Shown piece after piece: positions 52,473-64,000 of a stretch of 64,000 nucleotides of DNA. This DNA comes from Calcarisporiella thermophila CBS 279.70 (Eukaryota > Fungi > Calcarisporiellomycota). A program made the translations under genes and the position numbers. How positions within the stretch are numbered: the stretch's first letter is position 1; the number at the start of each line of letters is the position of its first letter. The stretch covers positions 613,741 through 677,740 of the forward strand of contig NW_027192199.1 in NCBI RefSeq assembly GCF_041956535.1. The letters run 5' to 3'. The notes under the pieces are model-generated. The model did no database searches, was not told where the DNA came from, and was given only the letters and a program-made list of their open reading frames with translations.

Positions 52473-54936
52473 TTAGTACCCATGCATGAACCACCCGGTG
52501 CTCTGCGCACCGTATCCATTTCCCGTCGCCAGGGTCGCGGGGGGATACGCCAGCCCTGCGGCGGTCAATCCGGCCTGCACTTGGGCGGGCGTTAAAGGAT
52601 GGGTGTGGTGGGGGTGCGGGTGCAAGGCCGGGGCCACCAGAGACGACTGCATCCCCGAGACGGAGGGGGGCGCCATCGACAGTCGTTGGATTTTGCTCTG
52701 GATCCGTTTTGCGTAGGGGGTGCCTTTGATGGCGGGCAGTAAGGGGCGGATCGCCTCGATCAGCCGCATGCGCTGCCCATGCTCAGCGCAGTCGAGCGCA
52801 GTCTGCACCACGTAGTTGCCGTAGGGGTCGCGAAGCATGCCCTCGAGGCGCTGCTTGTTCAAGAGCTCATCAAGCAACAGGACACGGGTGGCGGGATCCG
52901 ATACCCGGATCACCTTCTCGACCACGTTCGAGCTGAACTTTTGAAGGGAGAGGCGGGTCACGCTCCCAAGGAAGGTGTGGGCGAGCCGCTGGTCGAAGCG
53001 CAAGCGAGGATCCTCCAGCCCGAGCAGGTACTGCACCACGTAGTTTCCAAACGGGTCCACCACCAGCTGCAGGGCCTTCTCCAGCACCTGCTCCGCCAGC
53101 TGCTGTACCTGTTTGTCCGTGGCGCGATCGATACACCGCTGCATGACACAGCATCCATGGCGGTGGGTTGCCACCTCGACGCATTGAGCGGCGACCGCAT
53201 CGTAAATGAACTGGTTATCGGGGAGCCGGTTCAAGCATTTCTGGATGACGTGGTTTCCGTTCAAGTCGGTGATCAGGGTCACGACGTGATCACGCAGAGC
53301 GTCCACAACAAGCTGAACCTGCTGAGGCGTGGAGAGGTGGTCGATCAGCCGCTGAGCCGCACGCGTCCCGTGCATGTTTAGAGAGATGGTGACAAGTTCG
53401 GGAGCCACCGTCTGGACGAGCTTCGTGCGCTGGGCATCGGTGCAATATTCGAGGAGTTTCTGGCAGAGGTAGTTGCCGAACGGATCTACGAGGAAGAAGA
53501 GGAGCAAGGCAAACTTAGCACGCAAGGACGAGCCGGCTCCATCTCGGAAGGGGAACACTTACCGGTCATCAGTTCTACAAAGTGGGGCTGAACCTCCCTA
53601 AAGATGAGCTCCACCACCTTTTTGTTCTGCTCTTCGATCTTGCGCTGCAAGAACCGGCACCCATGCTGGTCCTTGCACAGCGAGTAGAGCCGCCCCTCCA
53701 AATCCTCCACGTTCACACCCGCGAATCTACTCATCGCCTCCGCATCATTGGCCTTCTTCTTGTTGTTATTGTTTCCCTTTGCATTGGAGTGATTGTTGGA
53801 TCCGCCAGTGCGAGCATTGGCAGCAGGGGTCGTTGACGCCATTCCCGGCATGTTCAGCACATCAGCTAGCGCATACGGCTGATATGTGTAAGCAAGTGCT
53901 GCAGCGACGGCGGTTGGGTCAAGCAGAGCAGGCAGCTGTTGGCGATACATTAAGTCAGCCGTCGCGTACTGGGGTGAGTAGGCACTGCCGGCGAGGGCGG
54001 CCGAGCTTGGGAGGTGATGATTGCCATGTGCTGCGGCAACCGCAGCGGCGGTCTGCTCGCGAAGCAGATCCGCTTGGTTCGAGGATTTCGAGTACCAATC
54101 GCGGAGGAGCGGGTCCGTGGCAGAGTTGGAGTGCTTTAGGGCGGCGGGGGTAGCAAACTACGGACGAAGATTCGGAATTAGTCTGGGCAATGGAGAAAGG
54201 GTAAACCTAGAGCGCAAAGAGTGCCTACCTCGTTGGAAGACTCTCCCCGGACCAGGATTGGGAACGAGTCCTCGTCTCGATATCGTCGGGCAAACGAACT
54301 GGATAATGGAGGCTCGCGCTCGTCCTCTCCTTCTTCAAGGAATTTGTCATTGAACTGGGGGGGCGGATAGGAGGGACTATCTAGGAACGTGTCGTCGAGA
54401 GAGAAGTTCTTGGTGGAAATTTTGATGTTCTTTTTCCTATAACATAGTGTCCATTATTAGTGCTCCATTCATGATAACATCGAGTATAATTCAGAGATTT
54501 ACTTTGCCGCCAGGTCATCTTCATTATTCAGGCGCAGCTTTTCAAGATCGGGGAGCTCATCTGCCGTCCATTGCCTTGAATTTCTTCGCGAGCCTGGCAG
54601 TGACCTCGAAGCATTTTGCAATCGGATCCCAGGCGAAAGGAGTTCAGTGGGCATGTTGTAGAGTCCAAGCATAGGGAACTGGCCGCCATCCTGCCCAACT
54701 TCGGTCGAGAGGTAAATCGAAGAGGACTAGACCAAAATTAGGAAAAGATTTAGAGATAGACCAACAAAAGACCAACGTTATCAAACTACCGTGCGTGGTA
54801 GACGGGCGGAGGATTCAATAGTGGATTCGGGCGAGGAGCTGCCCGTCTTTAATGGAGAGCCATGGCGATCAAACATCGTATTATTAGCGTTGAAATGGGC
54901 GCCTGGTGCAGTATTGTTGATAGGGTCAGAGAGCAT
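52473..54936 (-). CDS. Pumilio-family RNA-binding protein, Puf4/Puf5(Mpt5) subfamily; multi-exon, start approximate
   Basis: Eight PUF repeats with recognition motifs CRFLQ, NYLCQ, TRAAQ, NHVIQ, CCVMQ, NYVVQ, SNVVE, NYVVQ (Puf4/5 pattern). Confidence 0.92.
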
Positions 54937-55899
54937 TCGAATATGATGTCTATAGACAATAGAGTCAGTCAATGACCTCAACCGATGGGGGAGAAATGGG
55001 GGGGGGCCCTAGGTTGGGAGTGGAGAGCAGAATGCAACAATGAAGCCTACCAAATTTGGACGGTACAAGTGCAAAGAATGCAAACACAATGATGGTGGGA
55101 GGCTCTACACACGCAATGCAGGAGAGTAGAGGAAATTACAATATAAACACAACACACATAAATACAATTAAAAGTATAAGGGATGAAAAATAAACGATAA
55201 TGTTGATATCTATTAGAGCAGGCAGGGGAAAGAGAGAGGAAAGAGAGAAGAGATAACAGACCAAGCCAGTATTTATTATTATTTCACTTCGATGTCCTTC
55301 AACTTTCCCGGACCTTTTGTGCTACCGTACAAGCTAGACGACCAAGTGCACTTTTGACAGTTGAAGCAATTAATGTAGGAGCACCGATGGATCAAATTAC
55401 AAACAAATGGAGTAAATAGTTTTTTTTTCCCGTAGCACTTTTATCACCCCCCTCTTACAACCGGCCTGTTCGTTCTTGTAGCATATGTTTTCTATTGAAC
55501 TCAAACACCAGTTGGTCTTAGCGACACAGGATCATCCTCGCTGCTAAATTCCAATGACTTGAGTCCTGGATCAGGCCGGGAGCATTCTTGTCGTTAACCT
55601 TAGAGCCCTGGCTGTCCAATTCCAGAAGATCACTGGGCCCGGCCAGCCGTGGAGAGCCATGCAACGCTCCCATGGAAGGGCAAGGAAAGCTAGCTTGTAA
55701 TCCGTTTGTGACTTTGAGATTTCCATTACCGGTAATGAAACAAAAATAAATAAAAACTAAACCAAATAGTAACGAGCGTTTCCTCAATATTAAATCTTCT
55801 ATATGAAAAGACTATTCGTGTAGATTATCCATAAGTCCCTTTCCATATTTGCTGGTGCAATGATGTATTGGCTCCAGCTGCTTCCCCCCTCCCTCTACT

Positions 55900-56600
55900 G
55901 AATCTTCGATTAACGGCCGTCTGGAAATCTATATGCGGCGCAACCATGTGCTGGGCGTGGAAACACCAGACAGAGAAGCGCGGGTCTAGGAGGAGGGATA
56001 ACATCAGTATGCCCTATACCACTCAATCCACTCTAGTGCCGGCTATCGATGCATAAACCCTGCCGACTAATCCCAACGAAATAGCCTCTCCATCAAGAGC
56101 CTCGAAACATATTCTCCGTTGACCATTCAAAGCCCTGTGGCTTGTAATTTCACCACGGATCTTGACCCATGGTCGAGTCCTTGTAGGTTAATGACCGTGT
56201 TAAACTCCGGCCTATTCCTCGATTGGTACTGTATATTTGAGGGAGCCAGGCGTCAGTGCCGATTCTCCAGCCGACCTTGTGGCCGATATGATTTTGGAGG
56301 AGATCCAGGTTGAGTGGGAATGCCATGTCCCTTGATTTGCCTGAGCCGACTTTTGGGATGACTTAGGCTCTTGCCAAGTTGGCTCTGCTTATTCTGGAAT
56401 GGAGCCAGTCCCTCTACTGAAAGTGCTGACCGCCTTCTAGTTGAAGCAATGTGATTAAGAGGTCGGTATTTTCTAGACCACCTTCTAATATGGGAAGATT
56501 TGCCAATTTCGATATCCAGTGGTAAATTTCCCACCATGCCTCCTCGAGTGTCAATAGCCACGCTAGTGCCCATTGAATTGATCATGTTGGCTGTGAAAGG
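55900..56600 (-). mobile_element. Decayed non-LTR retrotransposon (L1/Tx1-like) fragment, region C-terminal to RT; boundaries approximate
   Basis: WISKLANLPILEGGLENTDL (LP..DL at 56497-56459) resembles P-x-x-x-G-G-L-G-x-x-D-L; downstream WRIGTDAWLP (56269-56240); frames interrupted by stops. Confidence 0.4.
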
Positions 56601-56752
56601 CGGACTGTCTTTGTATAGTATTGGATAGCTATCGGATACTTGATTAAAGGGGGAAAAGATAATTCAAAAATTGCGTTCATCCCTATACATATTTGACGGA
56701 TATAGAATTATTCTAGCACGATTCGTTAATCAATATCAACTAGATTTTGCAT

Positions 56753-57909
56753 ATGGGTAACCAGCCTTCATCGGTCGATGTCTCACAACGGCAAGATCTG
56801 CAGCCCTCTCCAGATCAGCCGCCACAGCGGAATCCGCCGGATGATCGGATAACGGATAATCGCGATATCTTACACTCTCCGGCAAATCGCCTAGACATTG
56901 AGCCCCGCTTACATAGCCTGACATTAGGGGAAAGCTATTCAGACTCTTGGCGTGCATCATCCCCCTTGTCTGGGTGGGGTGGACGAAGAGAAAGCACTTC
57001 ATGTAAGTAGCCCTATTTATTTGCGGAATCGAGTGAGATTTGACATTAGATTTTAGTAAGAGCAAAAGGAGTAGCAGGAGTACCCACCATTGTGAACTGG
57101 ACCATGGGCGGAAATCGGGTCTATGTAACCGGAAGCTTTAACGGCTGGAAGGAGAAAATTCCGCTAGTGAAGAGGTATATTGATGGATATATTTCTCTGA
57201 TGTGGGATTCTGTCCATTTATCTTGTTTTCTTGGAATTAGTTCCCATGATTTTACTACGGTCATCGAGTTACCGCATGGCACCCATCGCCTAAAATTCAT
57301 TGTCGATGACGAGGTAAATGCTTAAAAGTGGCGTTTGACGCAACTCGGCCGAATTTAATTATGGGGGTTAATTGATAGTGGAAATGCTCCACCGATTACG
57401 AGACAGCCACCGATCCCAACGGCAATCTCGTCAACTATATCGAGGTGGTGAGCGACGAGGAGGATATCGATATTTGCTCAACGACGGACCCTCTCGAGCA
57501 AAGTAAGTTTAGGTTCTCCCGATGAAGGCCGATACTCTTTGCCACAGCTTTGCCCTTCCTCTCTTCTAGATTCACCTCCTGGCAGCTATGCGGCCGATAT
57601 CCCTCATTACGAAGAACAGCCTACCCGTGCCCAGCCACCTTCCCTCCCACCTCACCTTGAAAAAGTGCTGCTCAATAGCCACCAAGTCAGCCGCGAGGAT
57701 AACAGTGTCCTTCCGGTTCCAAATCATGTTGTACTCAATCACCTCTATGCATGCAGTATCCGTGACGGAGTCATGGCTTTGGCTTGCACAGAGCGGTATC
57801 GGAAAAAGGTAAGAATGCGTGATGTAGTTGTGACTAGGTAGAGAGTTAACTGAGTGTCCATTTTTCGCCCCTCTAGTATATCACTGTGATGTTTTACAAA
57901 CCTGTATAG
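56753..57909 (+). CDS. AMPK/SNF1 beta subunit (Sip2/Gal83-like); multi-exon
   Basis: Myristoylation start MGNQPSS; CBM48 WTMGGNRVYVTGSFNGW..GTHRLKFIVDDEW..DPNGNLVNYI; ASC domain PPSLPPHLEKVLLN..LPVPNHVVLNHLYACSIRDGV..RYRKKYITVMFYKPV. Confidence 0.96.
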
Positions 57910-58312
57910 TTCATCTCCCCCTCTTGTTCGCTTTTTGTTATCCCTATCACCTTTCTTATCCCATGTGTGGCTCTTCCTTTTATATTTTCCTCGCGTTTGA
58001 TTTTCTCTGCATTCTCAGAAAAAGATTTTGCTTTTTCGAATAGATATAATTTCAACTCAAAGCCTTTTTTTTTGTTTTAATTACAGCAAAAGGTGCGTGT
58101 TTACTAAGAATGAAGGTGAAGGTTATGAACAAGGTCTACTAAATGAAGGGTGATACCAGTGCACATAAGAAAATAATTTGAATTCTACAGGATGCTATTA
58201 GCTCCCTACCAGGGGAAGGGGGTGAGTGAAGGCAGATCAATATACACATAACTCATTAACTAGCGGATACATGGCGTATGTGTATGGGATTGTCTCTTAA
58301 GACGGGGGTCAA

Positions 58313-59323
58313 CTAGTAGGTCGATGCGCTAGTCTTAGCAGCGGCCTGCTTCTTGGTCGACTTCTTGGCTTTGGCTTTGGCTTTGGCGGGGGATTTGGCC
58401 TGGCCCATCGACTTGGGTTGGGCTGCGGCCGAGACGGGTTGGGGAGCGACCTGCGCCGCTCCGCCAGAGCCACCCCCAAGCAAACCTCCGAGCAGACCAC
58501 CACCTCCTCCACCTCCAAGGATGCCGCCGAGAGCACCGAGAGGGCCGCCACCCTCACCTCCGAGAACGCCGCCGAGGAGCCCACCGAGGGGTCCATCGCC
58601 GCCACCGCCGCCACCGCTGAGGGGGTTCAAGTTGACTGGCTGGAAGGTGTTGCCAACTTGTTCGTTTCCGGTCGGCGACACGCTGTCGCCTCCTGCACGC
58701 AATAGACCTTGAGCAGTGTTAACAACCTGCCCCAACGGGTCACGCAAGGTGTCCATGATGGTGTCGCCGATGCCAATGGGGTCGAGGAAGTCGGCCTGAC
58801 GTTTCTCGAGCGAGCCGTCTAGACTTCGCTTCTTCTTATCGCCTCCTGCAAGCTTGATCCAGCTACAGCTTCCGAAGCCAGTAGGGCTCTGGACCCGCAA
58901 CAAACAGGCGCCATTGGGTCCCTGGCATTCCACATCAGGCATACGAAGGGAAATGGGATAGGTTCCTCGAGCCCCTACTCCAAGGAGGCCAGGGGCACTT
59001 CGCGTCACTTGCACGGGAGTGGAGAAGCTGGATCCGGTTCCGGAGACGTCCAAGAATGCACGCAATGGGCCGCCACCGTCAACGTTGGCAACGCGCCAGG
59101 TCATGCCTGCCTCCTCGCCTGCGTTGTAGGTTGGGAGGTCGGAGGCCGGGCTTGGGATTTGAATGCCGGTGCCACAGGGCTGAGCGCTAGTAAACCGGAC
59201 GCAGTCGATGGTACTGTCGGGCGTGCGTACATTGAAGCCGCGAGGATCAAGGAGCTTGCCGTGACCCAAGGCAACGCCCACAAGCGAGGCCAGAAGAGAC
59301 AGTTGAATCAGGCAATTGGTCAT
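58313..59323 (-). CDS. Secreted Egh16/Gas1-like (DUF3129) protein with Gly/Leu-rich and Lys/Ala-rich tail
   Basis: Signal peptide then His1 (ALG|HGKL); PCG, NVDGGGPL..DVSGTGSSF..VTRSAPG..YPISLRMP..CQGPNGACLLRVQSPTGFGSC; TATA-like TATATAAA on the minus strand at ~59481-59488. Confidence 0.75.
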   Translation of the reverse strand: MTNCLIQLSLLASLVGVALGHGKLLDPRGFNVRTPDSTIDCVRFTSAQPCGTGIQIPSPASDLPTYNAGEEAGMTWRVANVDGGGPLRAFLDVSGTGSSFSTPVQVTRSAPGLLGVGARGTYPISLRMPDVECQGPNGACLLRVQSPTGFGSCSWIKLAGGDKKKRSLDGSLEKRQADFLDPIGIGDTIMDTLRDPLGQVVNTAQGLLRAGGDSVSPTGNEQVGNTFQPVNLNPLSGGGGGGDGPLGGLLGGVLGGEGGGPLGALGGILGGGGGGGLLGGLLGGGSGGAAQVAPQPVSAAAQPKSMGQAKSPAKAKAKAKKSTKKQAAAKTSASTY

Positions 59324-60192
59324 TCGTGATAGAAGGGAATGAGGGGAAGTATGCTGGGGGGGGGGTTAAGAATGCTATGGAAAAAGGAGTGTGGAGAGAG
59401 AATAGAGTAGAGTAGAGAAGAGCAGATTAGAGTAGAGATGGAATGGGCACTTGTTCTGAATTTGATGAAGAGCTGTCGCCTTTATATAACTGGGGCCCCT
59501 TTTTGCGGAAAGAAGCAGTAGGAAACTGCGAAGAATTATGACTGAAACCTGCAAAGAAGGTGGTAGGCTCATTATCAGTAAATTAATCGCCCTAATTTGT
59601 AAATACGCAGTCGGGCAATAAGCGTAACGGATCACTGCTGTACGACCTCGGCACAGAACACCTGCCCTGTTAGGCAGGCCCAAAGCCTGACTTCCAAAAG
59701 CTCTCAAGGCTTCGGGGGGAGCGTGCTTGCTTTTTTTTCGCCTGACGCTACCCAAATCTAAGACATAATCATAACAAACTGTTCTCGCCGGCCTAGCTCT
59801 AGGGGGTTACCCCAAATCCACGTACCACATTAGCTTTTGATCTGACTCTGATTGCTCAATGAGGCGCGCTTCTTGAAAAGCTCTGGGCCAATTTAGCTAA
59901 GGGTTTTCTAAATTCATTACGCATTGGACATCATCAGGTCAAAAAGGCAGGATGGATTGTTCTAATAAAGATGGCTCGATGTAATTGGCACAGATATATG
60001 ACAAAAATAGAGAGGGGAGGAGGAGAGTAGCTGGGATTAAACATGTCAAACAATATACAATGAGGATTTATACAAATTATTCTTCCAAAAGCACAAATGA
60101 CAGCACCATAACCTACACAAATTAGAAAATGACCCGTTCCCACCACAATAAGGTCTAGAAATAGAGAGGAGAGTGTTACATTTCCCACCATG

Positions 60193-61445
60193 CTACCACA
60201 GCAATGACCGCCTGCTTTGAAAACAGCTGGACCCTTCGTCCTCGGCCCCCGCCGCTTGCACTCCTTCATCCCATTCACTTTGATGCATATGCCCGCGGTA
60301 CAACTCCCTTATTACTTTGCCGTTCAGCAGGGTCTGCTCGACAACGGCCTCCGCGTGGCAAGGTGTAACCCGCCCATACCATATTCCGCGGCGGCCATGT
60401 TGCGTATATAAAATGGTGTTGGCCGCAAATTTGTGTCCTAACCAGCGGCAGGGTCTGAGTTTAGATATGAAAAAGAGGAGGCAGAGCAAGAGCCGGCAAA
60501 CATCTTACCGCTAACATGGCTGATCATATACACCGCAACCCCTCCCTTGGGCTCCTCTTCCCACCTTTGCTTTCCGGCCACACCGTCGAAGCCGACCCGA
60601 AACATCCCATGCGATGCAAGCACCTTCTCAAGCTCTCTTCGAAGGATAGGTGCCGTTACGCCGCACCGTTTGTCCCGCCGCCGGTGGGAGCATATCACTA
60701 TGACCCCATCGAGATCGAGCTCCCTCACCTCAAACTTACTACGGTCTCCTTTGCTTGGGTCATCACTGAGAAAGGTATCGTAAAAAAGCCGAGTATTGGA
60801 AGGCGTGACGTTTGCAACGACGATGTTGTCTGGGAAAAGCACCACATCGACTCCACAGTACAAAAATCCGCTCTTAGAATACACACTGGATCGGCTGATA
60901 TTCGAGACTAAAACCCTGGGTTTCTCCGCACTCCCATGAACCCTTCCTTCCGCATGCAACACTTCCCACAGTGCAGACGCAACCGTGCCGCTGGCTTCCT
61001 CGATGCGGTCGGGCCAATCTGCTTTGCCAGTGCAGATCATAACGTGGCTGGAATAGGGCCGGACCGTTCCCTGTAGCGGCGAGTCACGATCAAGCTTGAG
61101 GAATGCAGGGTAATGCGGATGAAGCGAGCAGCTATCCGACTGAGCAGCAGGACATGCGACGCAAGGATCTTCAGAAAAGAGATCGGGGGGGACGGGAGGA
61201 AGCGAGACAAAAGTCGTGTAAGAAGTGCTTTCGGGAGATGAGCCCATACCTGAGGTTGTGGCTGCGGGCGAAGAATGGGAATCGGTCGGAGGTGCTTGCG
61301 GTCGCTGCGGGGGAGATAGAGGAGCATCGGCTGTGGCAGGAGAATCGGTGGATTGCGCGAAAGAGGAAACCGGGATCCAAGACATGAATGAAGACATTGC
61401 AGACAATGTCGACTGGAATAGTATGCGGACAGGGTTGTCGAGCAT
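60193..61445 (-). CDS. Apd1/Aim32-type sucrase-ferredoxin-like 2Fe-2S protein; intron ~60438-60507; start 61445 or 61397
   Basis: PLQGTVRPYSSHVMICTGKADW; ICSHRRRDKRCG; spliced SHVSGHKFAAN; IWYGRVTPCH..GKVIRELYRG (two Cys plus H-x-x-G-H ligands). Confidence 0.9.
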
Positions 61446-61930
61446 AATGCCACTAATCTAAGGAGCGAGGGTTGAAATGAAAAGCGAGGGAAGGGGGGGG
61501 ATGGAGGGAGCAGCCGGAAGATACAAAAATGCTTATTTGTTTATTTGTTATAGTTTATTTCAAAATGGTGGTGGTACGACCTGCAGAGTTGCATCTAATA
61601 AGATAATCAAATTGGGGGCAGAGATGGAGGAGGAGCAAATATTCACATCCCAACCGTATCATCTGATAGGGAGGTTATCAGGTGTTTTGCTCTTTCCAGT
61701 TCGGTTTTCGGCTTGTTTTGTTTAAATTGGCATTTGCTTCGCTAGAGATTTTCATTTCCCATATCGAAGAAGCTATGGTGGATATAACAATTAGCTCTTT
61801 AGTCTTTTTCCACTAATTTCCCACTTTTATCCCCCTTGGGGGATAGCTCAAAATCGCGCGCGGTCACGTAAAATTGAAGCTTTTCCTGCCTCCAAAATTT
61901 GAACGGGGTGATATTGGGAATAAATTCAAT

Positions 61931-64000
61931 ATGTCGCGTAACTCTTTTTCAACGAGGAGAGCTGTCTATATAGCTTCGAGTAATTCTGGCCCACTTTGGA
62001 GAGCGCAAGATGATGAGGACACTATCACTAGGGATCCATCTCTCCGTAAGCGTAAGATTGGAGCAAGATGTATAGCCACGACTAGTAACGATCGATTGTA
62101 ATCATTTATTGATTAGCATTTCCTCAGCATGCCCCTTACTGACAGGTAGATATATTATAGCCCAATTTTCCGCATCATAAATGCCATTCCTCCACCTCCG
62201 CCCTCATCCCCACCTTCCTTTGCCCCTTCCGACGATGAAGTACCTAAACTTCGACTAATGCAACCGCAACCTTCGCGGCCTATTCACTTTGCCCATTTTG
62301 CATTCCGGCGCAAACCTGTTGTCACACCGAGAAAAAAGAAGCGGAGACTGTGGGTTGAATCGGATATTGCCGATACAATGGGGGCTGACAATTTAGTTAT
62401 GGCTGCGGTGGATCAGAGGGGATATGTATACTGGATCGATTTCGCAGCAAATAGGTAGGTACGATGATGCCCGATGGTGAAAAGTACACATTTCAACTTA
62501 ATAGAATATGTGACGGCTAGATATACTCTCGTGACAAAAACTGGCGTATGTGCCTCGGCAGTAGAAGTGATAGCTGGAGAAGGCCACAGTGAGATTGTGG
62601 TTGGGTTTTCCGATATGTCACTTCGGAGTTACTCAACTGGTATGATTCCCTCTGCTAATAATCAAGGCTGCTGGCATTTTAACTTTTCTCCTCTCACTCT
62701 TCTGAACCTCGACAGAAACTCGTCAGCAGCGAGCCGATATAAGACTTCAATCACATATTGGCCCCATCCATACGTTTTCCTCCCACCCCACTCTCCCTCT
62801 TTTACTTGCTACCTCCTCCACGGAGGCCACTCTCTGGGACACTCGCGACTGGAGTAAATTACGTGTACTCTCCTCACCTCTTTTCCTTCCAATATACCAT
62901 GCGTTGTTTACACCTACTGGAGAGGAAATCGCCACAAGTTTTGGGGATGCAAGCGTTGTCGTCTGGGAACTAGATGGGTTGGCACAGGTATGGAAGGTGG
63001 TTGGACTAGAGGGTGCGAAAGAAAAAGAGGCAAAGGGGCCCGTGTTGGCAATAAATGAGGATTTAATGGCAATCGGATGGAATGGCCTGGTGCAAATATG
63101 GCGACGCAAAGAGAGAAGGCTCGCTCGAATCATTCCGCTAGAACGTATCACCTCCTCGCCCATCTCGCAGCTCATCTTTCTCCCGGCACAAAATGATTCC
63201 AAAAATCTTCATACCCTTATAGTAAGATTCACAAATGGCCGCGCGGTTTTTCTGGAGTTTGAACCATATGGCTCCCATCCTGCCATTGTACACCGTCTTC
63301 GAGGCATCGACAAAGTCAGTGAGCTGGAGGTTCGGGGAAATCTGATTGCCGGGATTGGCGAAGAAGGAGGGACGATTTGTGTGTGGGAGCTAGAGGAGCT
63401 TGTCGGTGGCGCTAGGAAAGAGCAGCGAGAAGGCATACCGGCTGTAAGTAAAGATGGCGAAACTGATAGCGAGGCGTCACTGTTGAGTGATGAGCCATCT
63501 ATATTCCAATGGCACGAGGGCAAAGAAGAGAAGGAAATAGGGGGTGACGGGCAGAGGAATAAAAGAACACGTGAGTCGCGTCCTGGAAACGAATTGAATC
63601 GCGAAGCCCTCCTGAAGAATTTAAAGAAGGCTGGAAAATACCCAACCAAATATCGTTCTCAAATTTGGAAGTTTCTTCTTGGCTTGCGGGGTGAGGACTC
63701 CAACGTCCTATGTGAGTGTGCACACCAGACTATACTAGATCGAGTGATCTGCTCTTTTGGCAAATGGCTTGGCCGATTGGAGCACACGCAACAGCCAAAC
63801 ACCTCGGATCCTATGTTCTTAGAGAAGTGGACCTCTGTGGTTGCAACGCGCCTTTTTCAGGTGTTCTCTGGGCCAGCTAGAGTAAGAAGTGAGGAGGAGA
63901 AGAGGAGAGAAGAGCCAAAAGTGGCTATATTGACGATCGAGGCGCTAAAGTGCATTTACGAAAAATGGCAAATCTCGAATTCTAACGTAGAGGTGGTACT
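61931..64000 (+). CDS. TBC1D31: TBC1D31 (WDR67)-like WD40 + TBC-domain protein; runs off the window end
   Basis: AVDQRGYVYWIDFAANRYTLVTKTG..SEIVVGFSDMSLRSY; LATSSTEATLWDT; long open exon from 62717 containing ELNREALLKNLKKAGKYPTKYRSQIWKFLL, similar to the animal LNKKRL..GEYPTKYRMFIWRSLL segment. Confidence 0.8.

Overview
Gene-dense, intron-rich eukaryotic DNA with short GT-AG introns and CTRAC/CTAAT-type branch sites. It is most likely an early-diverging fungus (Mucoromycota/Zoopagomycota-like): fungal housekeeping genes (ADE8, RPL9, PMT2, Puf4/5, AMPK beta, Apd1, Pho2-type homeobox) sit beside genes shared with animals but, to my knowledge, missing from yeasts and most Dikarya (Integrator subunit 7, BRCA1/BARD1-like RING-BRCT, CHD6-9-type remodeller, PRL phosphatase, VARP-like VPS9 protein, TBC1D31). 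About 22 protein-coding genes were assembled by eye; gene ends are well supported, internal exon boundaries are approximate. Strongest unexplained signals: (1) a ~1.2 kb non-coding stretch at 10.97-12.16 kb that folds into nested long-range helices and ends in a U-tract plus AUAAGU, a candidate large structured RNA resembling fungal telomerase RNA, although I found no canonical template; (2) a stand-alone 29-aa C2H2 zinc-finger ORF with its own TATA box; (3) a single 41-codon uORF in the PRL phosphatase leader, echoing the Mg2+-responsive uORF of mammalian PRLs; (4) a Lys/Cys/His-free Tyr-rich prion-like protein; (5) a Nit2/Nit3 paralog lacking its catalytic Cys. Three long intergenic gaps hold probable decayed LINE fragments. 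All family assignments come from motif recognition; no database search or folding program was run.
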